Below, in pieces: positions 1 to 6,447 of a DNA stretch of 34,531 bases. The notes below the pieces were generated by a model. The model had not been told where the DNA came from and ran no database searches. It saw nothing but the letters and a program-made list of their open reading frames with translations. The stretch comes from a virus. Lineage: Duplodnaviria; Caudoviricetes. Where the stretch lies: the IMG/VR virus record IMGVR_UViG_3300006055_000002, positions 1 to 34,531 of that record. One strand, given 5' to 3'. Within the stretch, counting starts at the first letter, position 1; each line of letters starts with the position of its first letter. The position numbers and the translations under genes were made by a program.

Positions 1-125
1 CTCCTGGTTCTGGTGATTGTGTAGTTCAGCGACTCACATTCTCCCAGGACAGGAGGGCTTTTACGCGGACGCGCGCACCGCCGAATCAGAGGCGGGATGA
101 ATTTTCGAGGCTAACGCCACGTCCT

Positions 126-890
126 ATGGAGGAGGCTGTGCTCGTGACGTTGGGGTTCATCGGTGCTCAAGGGTCTGAGTTCATGGTTGTCGAGGTGCTC
201 GACCCTCTTGAGGACGGGAGTGGCTGGATGGGCGCCCTGAGTAATGTCCCCGACTTTCTTCCAATGGAATCCGGCGACCTGGTGACGTTTGGACACAGAC
301 ACATTCTCGAAGTTCACTATTCCGACAATCGCTGTCGGCTGTGGACTGGCGAGACGAATGACGACGGCCACGGCCTCCTCGAACTGGACGATGGTGAGAC
401 CGTGCTCGCTGCTGAGTGGGCTCTCCTCAACACGGAAGGTGGTCAGGAGAAGATACCCGGGTGGGTGGTGTACTGGAACTGCGCCCGTCCGGCCTGCATT
501 CGACCATCGCATCTTGAGCAGGTGCCACCCGAAGAGGTTGGACTACGTGATGCGGCCCTGAAGGCTCGCATGCTGAAGGCTGCCGAAGATGTTGTCCTGG
601 TCGACGGCGAGTTCATGCAATCCACCCACGACAAGTTCTGGATGCCCGACCTCGATGACCGTGAGAACTTGCCCATCGGTGAGTCAGTAAAGCTCATCTT
701 CACGGACGGTCACGCTGCTGAGCGCATGTGGGTCAGGGTGGCCGCCAAGGGAGAGGACAACTCCTATCACGGGGTCCTCATGAACACCCCGGTGCATCTT
801 CCTCTGGAACCCGGTAGTCCGGTTCACTTCGAGGCGAAGAACGTCATCGAGATCCACTGTGAGGTCGACTGCCGTGAGGGGGTGGCGTGA
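126..890 (+). CDS. Protein with two DUF2314/YegJ-like repeats flanking a degenerate HNH-like domain
   Basis: N-terminal 'SEFMVVEV..WMGALSNVPDFLPMESGDLVTF..HILEVH' resembles C-terminal 'AERMWVRV..YHGVLMNTPVHLPLEPGSPVHF..NVIEIH'. The middle 'CRLWTG..DGHG..NCARPACIRPSHLEQV' resembles phage HNH proteins. Confidence 0.55.
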   Translation: MEEAVLVTLGFIGAQGSEFMVVEVLDPLEDGSGWMGALSNVPDFLPMESGDLVTFGHRHILEVHYSDNRCRLWTGETNDDGHGLLELDDGETVLAAEWALLNTEGGQEKIPGWVVYWNCARPACIRPSHLEQVPPEEVGLRDAALKARMLKAAEDVVLVDGEFMQSTHDKFWMPDLDDRENLPIGESVKLIFTDGHAAERMWVRVAAKGEDNSYHGVLMNTPVHLPLEPGSPVHFEAKNVIEIHCEVDCREGVA

Positions 891-1108
891 TGTCGATGAC
901 GGCCCGAAAGCGACGAACACTGCTTCCGTTTCTGGAGGCTGCCGAGTACTTGGGCATCACCGAGCGGAAGCTACGCAGACTTCGAGTCAACCAGCGGATC
1001 AACTGTTACAAAATCGAACGGACGCTCCATTTCGACACCGACGATCTTGATGACTACTTGGACCAGTGCTTCGAGCCAGCTCGGGTGGCGGGGGAGTGGG
1101 CAACATGA
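887..1108 (+). CDS. Excisionase-like HTH (Xis/HTH_17 family)
   Basis: 73 aa with 'EAAEYLGITERKLRRL..RINCYKI..LHFDTDDLDDYL'; its stop overlaps the integrase start (ATGA). Confidence 0.8.
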   Translation: MMSMTARKRRTLLPFLEAAEYLGITERKLRRLRVNQRINCYKIERTLHFDTDDLDDYLDQCFEPARVAGEWAT

Positions 1109-2571
1109 GTAGAGGATCGATCGAAAAGCAGCCAAGCGGCTCGTACCGTGCTCGTTGGAGGACGCCCGAAGGCGGTGAAAGGTCTAAGAACTTTCCAAGG
1201 AAGCGGGAAGCTGAGGCCCAACTGACATTCATTGACAACGCCAAGCGCACGGGTTCCTACATCGACAAGGCGGCGGGGCAGGTGCGATTCAAGGTCTACG
1301 CCGAACAGTGGCGTGAAATGCAGGTGCATCGGCAATCCACGGCTGCGCAAGTCGAGACAAATCTACGCCGCCACGTGTACCCGAGGATCGGGATGAAGCC
1401 CATGGGATCGATTCGGGCAAGCGACATTCAGGCTCTGGTCAAGAGTCTCGTCACACCTGACGAGAATGGCGGGTGCCTGGCCCCGACAACCATCGAGGTC
1501 ATTTACAACTGGATAGCTGCAATCTTTAAGGCCGCCGTTGTAGATCGAGTCGTTCACTCAAGCCCGTGCATCAAGATTCGCCTGCCAGAAGTCCACCGCA
1601 TGCCCGTCAAGCCCATGTCAATCGAAATGGTGGAGAGCATCGTCGAAGCGGTACCTGATCCCTACAAGGCGCTCGTTCTGCTCGGAGCGGGAACTGGGGT
1701 CCGGATCTCAGAGGCTCTCGGGATAACACTTGACCGAGTCGATTTCCTCCATCGTGAGGTGACTATCGATCGGCAGTTAGTTGGCACTCAAGACGGCGAA
1801 CCAGCCTTTGGTCCCGTGAAGGATCGCAGAAATCGACCGAGGACGATTCCTCTGCCCGATGTTGTTCTCGTAGCTCTCAGTGAACACTTGAGCCGTTGGC
1901 CGACATCGCCTGGCGGCCTGGTGTTCCGCAACAAACAGGGCCAACCGATCCGGCGAACCACATTTTCTGATATTTGGCGCAAAGCGGTTGGACCCTTGGG
2001 GATCCAAACTGGCAAGGGGTTTCACGAGCTTCGGCATCTCTATGCCTCCCTGCTGATCGCCAGTGGGGCATCCGTCAAGGTCGTTCAAGAACGCCTCGGT
2101 CACAGCACGTCACAGATGACGCTGGATACTTATGCGCACTTGTGGCCGGATTCAGATGACACGACCCGGGGTGCTGTCGATGCGATGTTCGAGGGAACAT
2201 CCTGTGTCAGATCTGTGTCAGACATGGGTGGTGCTGGGGTAAATCCCCTAGTCACAGGCGTAGTGACGGTGAGCCGGCCTGTAGGCGGGATTCAGGCGAA
2301 CCGGCGCCATGATCGGCCCAGGCACGACTGGACTGGACTGACCTGCACTTCTCCACGCCCGGACGCTCCCGACGCTGAGAACGGCATGAGAACATGGGAC
2401 ACGATTGGGACATCCCGCCCGTCAGAGCAGCCTCGCCTTGTGGGCGGCAAACTCGTCGTCGGTGAGTGCTCCGGAGCGGTGCAGCTCGGCCAATTTGGCG
2501 ATCTCATCTGCCGCGCTGGGCGCCACGCCGGCCGCAGCTCGGCCATCGAGGATCGGGATCCCATGAGCTAG
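1105..2571 (+). CDS. int: Tyrosine integrase; recombinase-like sequence ends near 2200 but the ORF reads through the att region
   Basis: Arm-binding-type N-terminus 'GSYRARWR'. Catalytic residues R (GTGVRISE), HxxR (FHELRH), H (LGH) and Y (TYAHL). ATG at 1105 is coupled to xis. Confidence 0.93.
   Translation: MSRGSIEKQPSGSYRARWRTPEGGERSKNFPRKREAEAQLTFIDNAKRTGSYIDKAAGQVRFKVYAEQWREMQVHRQSTAAQVETNLRRHVYPRIGMKPMGSIRASDIQALVKSLVTPDENGGCLAPTTIEVIYNWIAAIFKAAVVDRVVHSSPCIKIRLPEVHRMPVKPMSIEMVESIVEAVPDPYKALVLLGAGTGVRISEALGITLDRVDFLHREVTIDRQLVGTQDGEPAFGPVKDRRNRPRTIPLPDVVLVALSEHLSRWPTSPGGLVFRNKQGQPIRRTTFSDIWRKAVGPLGIQTGKGFHELRHLYASLLIASGASVKVVQERLGHSTSQMTLDTYAHLWPDSDDTTRGAVDAMFEGTSCVRSVSDMGGAGVNPLVTGVVTVSRPVGGIQANRRHDRPRHDWTGLTCTSPRPDAPDAENGMRTWDTIGTSRPSEQPRLVGGKLVVGECSGAVQLGQFGDLICRAGRHAGRSSAIEDRDPMS
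2202..2222. repeat. Putative integrase arm-type sites, CTGTGTCAGA x2
   Basis: Direct repeats at 2202-2211 and 2213-2222 with 11-bp period, next to the integrase core. Confidence 0.6.
2267..2293 (-). other. rnpB: att core: 3'-terminal fragment of the RNase P RNA gene
   Basis: Minus strand reads GAATCCCGCCTACAGGCCGGCTCACCG. This matches the type A RNase P RNA 3' end (P4 3' strand plus P1) as I recall it for actinobacteria, GAAUCCGGCUUACAGGCCAACUC. The rest of rnpB is absent. Confidence 0.7.
2376..2412. repeat. Putative arm-type/Xis sites at the prophage end: TGAGAAC x2 and TGGGACA x2
   Basis: Pairs at 2376/2387 and 2395/2406, each with 11-bp period. Confidence 0.5.
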
Positions 2572-2922
2572 AAGGTACGGCTGCACCACTGGTTGCACCT
2601 TCGATGCCGGCCTATCGCCGACCCGATAGAACGACGCGCCTCCCGACTTCAGGAAGACCGTCACCGGGCATTTCGTCGATGACGACTTCGTCGCGAATCC
2701 CAGGACTCCCAGCGTCATCACATCGAGCACCCGGGACCTGCCCACTGTCTCGGAATCGAACGAGATTCCAGCGACGTCTTCCAGCGGGACAAAGCCCCGC
2801 CACGACTTCATCACCCGGACCCCGATTCCTCGATCGTTGAAGCACAGGCGCCCAGCCGACCACTTCCCCTTCCCGGTCGGGCCCCCGAGGAAGACGGCAT
2901 TGCGGATCTCGACCCTGCTCAT
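2422..2922 (-). CDS. SHOCT-domain protein, in a position typical of lysogeny-expressed genes
   Basis: C-terminal 'ADEIAKLAELHRSGALTDDEFAAHKARLL'; ATG at 2922 with AGGA upstream. Confidence 0.75.
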   Translation of the reverse strand: MSRVEIRNAVFLGGPTGKGKWSAGRLCFNDRGIGVRVMKSWRGFVPLEDVAGISFDSETVGRSRVLDVMTLGVLGFATKSSSTKCPVTVFLKSGGASFYRVGDRPASKVQPVVQPYLLAHGIPILDGRAAAGVAPSAADEIAKLAELHRSGALTDDEFAAHKARLL

Positions 2923-3204
2923 TGGAGATTCCTGAGAATCAGCGCCGGCTCGCACCCCGTCTGGCGACGACGACGACAATTCGCTTGACGCACTGGGTGG
3001 TGGCGTGGGCATGATGCGTGAGCACTCCCGGGGGAGGGGGTCACAGCCCCTCCGTAGGGTGCGAAAGACAGATTGGGGACACGGTGGATGCAGTAGTGGA
3101 GTCGGCCGAAGAGGCGGAATACGAGGAGCCGGAGACGAGGATCCTCCGGATTGCAAAGGACGGCCTCGACGACCTACACCGGGTCTCGGCTGCGCTGACT
3201 TCGA

Positions 3205-3552
3205 TCATCGCTCTCCTGGAGACCGAGCCTTGAGCGCCTCGATCTCGAGCCGGAGTCGGACGTTCTCTTCCTGACATTCCTCTAACCGAACTCGGAGCGT
3301 TGCCGGCCGAACGAGCTTTGTGGCCGACCAGGCCCCGTCGACCGTTTCCCGGTCAACCCCGCAATAGGCGGCGATCATGTCCCAGTGCTCGGGCCCGGGG
3401 CGCCTCTCGGCCGCCAGCCATTTCTGGACGCCTCCCTGGGTCATCCCGAACTCGCGTGCGAGAGCGTCTTGATTCATTCCCTTTCGGCTCATTGCCGTAC
3501 CCAGTAGGAGGGGAATGTCCATGACCGCCGAGTGTGCGTCATCCCTGCTCAC
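3205..3552 (-). CDS. CI-like immunity repressor (XRE HTH plus coiled-coil tail)
   Basis: 'MNQDALAREFGMTQGGVQKWLAAERRP'; divergent from Cro. Likely leaderless GTG at 3552; alternative start ATG at 3522. Confidence 0.8.
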   Translation of the reverse strand: MSRDDAHSAVMDIPLLLGTAMSRKGMNQDALAREFGMTQGGVQKWLAAERRPGPEHWDMIAAYCGVDRETVDGAWSATKLVRPATLRVRLEECQEENVRLRLEIEALKARSPGER

Positions 3553-3631
3553 GTGGCACATCCTAAACAATCCATTCCGGATTGTAGTTACCCCCTTGTA
3601 ATCCGGGATGGGGTAATACATACTGTGGGCC
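3553..3631. promoter_or_regulatory. Divergent promoters and operators of the lysis/lysogeny switch
   Basis: Plus strand: TTGTAA (3596-3601), 17 bp, CATACT (3619-3624). Minus strand: TAGGAT (3565-3560). Palindrome ACAATCC-N5-GGATTGT at 3567-3585 and TTACCCC/GGGGTAA at 3588-3616. Confidence 0.7.
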
Positions 3632-3934
3632 ATGGAGACGGCCAACACCATCGGTTCAGATGGCACACCCCGGTACTCCGATGACCCGTCTGCCGAACGC
3701 AAGTCGCTTTCCGAGATGGCGAGGCTGGCTGGAGAACTGATCCGTCGCAGACGCGTGGCGCTGGCTATGACCCAGGAGCAGCTCGCCGAAGCCGTCGGCG
3801 TCACTCAGGGAGCAGTCCAGAAGTGGGAGACGGGGCACCGACTGCCGAGAGACTTCTACCGGCTGCGCCTCGCCGAGGTTCTCCAGCGAGACGTGATCGA
3901 ACTGTTCCCGTGGGCCAATCGAGGAGCAGCGTGA
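3632..3934 (+). CDS. Cro-like XRE HTH regulator
   Basis: 'MTQEQLAEAVGVTQGAVQKWETGHRLP'. Confidence 0.85.
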   Translation: METANTIGSDGTPRYSDDPSAERKSLSEMARLAGELIRRRRVALAMTQEQLAEAVGVTQGAVQKWETGHRLPRDFYRLRLAEVLQRDVIELFPWANRGAA

Positions 3935-4374
3935 CCCTCCCCACGCTCTACAAGCTCTCCACCGCGGCGAATGCCCTCGGCCCGGATGGTCCCAGTGAGC
4001 GCACGCTTCGTCGAGAGGTCGCCGCCGGCCGGCTCGTCGCCAAGCGTTTCGGCCGCTGCCTCCGAGTCTCCGATGTCGAGTTGACCCGCTGGGCCCTCGA
4101 CACCGGTTCACCAATCGACCCGAGTCCGTCGAGCGGTCCCGCCACCGCTCCGGACTCGGGCGAATCCTCCCGCTCCACGGCCCAGCTGCGAGCCATCGAC
4201 TCGCCACAAGCTGCCGACCACTCCGGGGTCAATACCGGACCCGGCAGCCAAGGGAGCGGGACAGGCACTGCCGACGGGCCAGCGAGCGGGGACGACACTC
4301 CCTCTGCTGCCCTGTCACCGCGGGGCGCGCAGCCCGTCGGTAGTGCATCTTCGACCGAACTGAGGAGTGCCTGA
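3931..4374 (+). CDS. Excisionase-like HTH with low-complexity tail
   Basis: GTG at 3931 overlaps the Cro stop; 'SERTLRREVAAGRLVAKRFGRCLRVSDVELTRW'. Confidence 0.7.
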   Translation: MTLPTLYKLSTAANALGPDGPSERTLRREVAAGRLVAKRFGRCLRVSDVELTRWALDTGSPIDPSPSSGPATAPDSGESSRSTAQLRAIDSPQAADHSGVNTGPGSQGSGTGTADGPASGDDTPSAALSPRGAQPVGSASSTELRSA

Positions 4375-4658
4375 TGCGCAGCAGCAAGCCATTGACCGTG
4401 GGCCAGAACCCGTCGGCATTCGCGATCCACCGGGGCCCGGCGCACACGCACCGCTCCGTGCTCCGGCTCGCAAACGATGTTGTGACCCTCGAGGGTGACC
4501 TTGAGTCCAGGCGCAAGGCCGTCCGGGTGCTGGCTGACTCGGTCGGGCTCGCCACCTTCGACCCGCTCGACGAGGCCTTCGGCCCGATGCCGGGCCCCGA
4601 CCACGACCAGGTGCGTGACCGCGTTGAGTCGATGGCCGCAGAGGCCACCACAACCTGA
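4374..4658 (+). CDS. Hypothetical phage protein
   Basis: TGATG coupling; GAGGAG RBS. Confidence 0.6.
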   Translation: MRSSKPLTVGQNPSAFAIHRGPAHTHRSVLRLANDVVTLEGDLESRRKAVRVLADSVGLATFDPLDEAFGPMPGPDHDQVRDRVESMAAEATTT

Positions 4659-4696
4659 TCTTGCAGTACCCGGAGGGGCAAACGTCCGGGGCCGAT

Positions 4697-4711
4697 GATT
4701 CGGCCGGAATC
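4697..4711. promoter_or_regulatory. 15-bp palindrome copy 1 (GATTCGGCCGGAATC)
   Basis: Intergenic, just before an AGGAGG RBS. Confidence 0.75.
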
Positions 4712-4724
4712 AGCAGGAGGAACA

Positions 4725-5072
4725 GTGCAGACAGCCACTCAGGGTGTCGTGAGGATTGACAGCAGGCTGCCGGCCACGGAGCGCGCTAAGCGCAACTGGG
4801 GCGGTCAGACGCCGCCCAACCGGCTCGCTCGTCGCCGGCAGCATCGCCGGACCCGGATCGCCGAAGCCCAGCTCGTCGGGACGCTCGGCATGGCCCTCCT
4901 CTTCGCCCTCTGGCCCTCCTATTGGGCCGTCCTCCTGGTGGTCCTCGGCTATGTCGTGCCGGCCCTGGCCGGGGCGTGGCTCGACACCTACCGCCCGATC
5001 GGTCGGCCGCGGGACCCGGGGCGCCTCGCACTCGCTATCGCACTGCAACTCGATCCCCAGGAGACCAAGTGA
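4725..5072 (+). CDS. Small membrane protein
   Basis: AGGAGG then GTG at 4725; two hydrophobic segments. Confidence 0.6.
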   Translation: MQTATQGVVRIDSRLPATERAKRNWGGQTPPNRLARRRQHRRTRIAEAQLVGTLGMALLFALWPSYWAVLLVVLGYVVPALAGAWLDTYRPIGRPRDPGRLALAIALQLDPQETK

Positions 5073-5602
5073 CGGCACTCATGGACGCATCCCGACAGAG
5101 CGACGGCCGATACGCCAGGGGAACGCCGACCGAGGAGCGTCTCTTTGGCCGGACCGAGCGGCTCGTCTCGGGCTGCCTGGTCTGGACTGGCAGATCCAAC
5201 TCGGATGGCTATGGGCTGCTTTCTGTCGACGGGGGGACCATGAAGGTCCATCGGCTGGCCTGGGAACTGCGTCACGGCCCGATCCCCGTCGGACTTGGCG
5301 TTCTTCATACCTACGACAACCCGCCGTGTGTTGAGGATTCGCACCACTTCCTCGGCACGAATCACGACAACGTGCTTGACCGTCAGCGGAAGGGTCGGAG
5401 CAAGAACCTCTTCGCTTCGGGTGCCGATCACCCGGCAACCAAACGGGCGGGAGAGAGGCACTGGCTGGCCAAGTTGTCCGACGCCGACGTGCAGCGCATG
5501 CGCGAGATGCGCTCCGGCGGCACCCGGCTCATCGACATCGCCGCCGAATTCAACGTGCATCACGCAACCGTCAGCCGAATCTGCAGAGGAGAGTGGAGAT
5601 GA
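5069..5602 (+). CDS. HNH endonuclease with C-terminal HTH
   Basis: 'CLVWTG..DGYG..VHRLAWE..GPIP..VLHTYDNPPCV..HHFLGTNHDN' plus 'IAAEFNVHHATVSRI'. Confidence 0.85.
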   Translation: MTALMDASRQSDGRYARGTPTEERLFGRTERLVSGCLVWTGRSNSDGYGLLSVDGGTMKVHRLAWELRHGPIPVGLGVLHTYDNPPCVEDSHHFLGTNHDNVLDRQRKGRSKNLFASGADHPATKRAGERHWLAKLSDADVQRMREMRSGGTRLIDIAAEFNVHHATVSRICRGEWR

Positions 5603-6447
5603 CCATCATCGAGGAGAGGCTCGCCGAGCTCGAGGGGATCACCCTCAAGTCGGGCGCGCACCAGTTCAAGCCGGGAGCGCCAATCACGGAGCAGGAGTTC
5701 TGCGTGATGGAAGCGTGTGCGTTCGTGGCCGGTGAGAAGTGGTCCGACCACCCGAAGTGCGCCTCGCATGTGATCGGTGCCTTCATGCGTCGGTGGAACG
5801 ACGACACCGACGACGAGGGCCGCGAGGCCCTGAAGGCGTACATCCCTCGACTCGTCGGCTCGGCCGCATCGAAGGAGGTCGAGGACAAGCGAGGGTGGAT
5901 GGCCGCCGATTGGCTCGTCCACACGCACCTTCCGCTCTGGCTGCGCCTCGCCGGCCTGGAGGACCAGGCCGACCGATGCGAAGCCCTCCCGGAGATCACA
6001 AGCGGGGCGGTCTGGCGGGCCCAGCGCGACGACGTCTGGGACGTGCGGGAGAAGGCCTGGGCCAAATACAACACCCGGTACGAGCGCATCCGTGAGGCCG
6101 TCCGGGCCAAGGTCAAGGAAGAGCTCGAGAAGCGGGGACTGCCCGAAGCCGCCGTAGCCGCCGGAGCCGCCGGAGCCGCCGTAGCCGCCGGAGCCGCCGT
6201 AGCCGCCGGAGCCGCCGAAGCCGCCGAAGCCGCCGTAGCCGTCGGAGCCGCCGAAGCCGCCGGAGCCGCCGGAGCCGCCGACTGGCGACCCGGCTCGGCC
6301 AACTACTGGAAGGTGCGGGACGCCGTCCGGGCCAGTCTGAAGGCCACCTTCAAGACCGCCCTCGAGGAGAAGGTCGGGCCCGAGCTGGCCAGCTCCAAGG
6401 CCTCGGCCCTCGACCTGCTCGACCGCATGCTGGCGGTGACGGCATGA
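5599..6447 (+). CDS. Phage protein with Ala-rich tandem repeat
   Basis: 'CVMEACAFVAGEKWSDHPKC..RRWND'; coupled to both neighbours. Confidence 0.8.
   Translation: MTIIEERLAELEGITLKSGAHQFKPGAPITEQEFCVMEACAFVAGEKWSDHPKCASHVIGAFMRRWNDDTDDEGREALKAYIPRLVGSAASKEVEDKRGWMAADWLVHTHLPLWLRLAGLEDQADRCEALPEITSGAVWRAQRDDVWDVREKAWAKYNTRYERIREAVRAKVKEELEKRGLPEAAVAAGAAGAAVAAGAAVAAGAAEAAEAAVAVGAAEAAGAAGAADWRPGSANYWKVRDAVRASLKATFKTALEEKVGPELASSKASALDLLDRMLAVTA
6145..6279 (+). repeat. 15 x 9-bp tandem repeat G(A/G/T)AGCCGCC
   Basis: Encodes (E/V/G)AA x15; one unit reads GTAGCCGTC. Confidence 0.95.

Noticed and set aside
3018-3233. Small plus-strand ORF convergent with the repressor, and a GGAGGGG/CCCCTCC hairpin near 3033-3053
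   Set aside because: Could be real, but there is no clear RBS or motif and the hairpin lacks a U-tract; support is insufficient.
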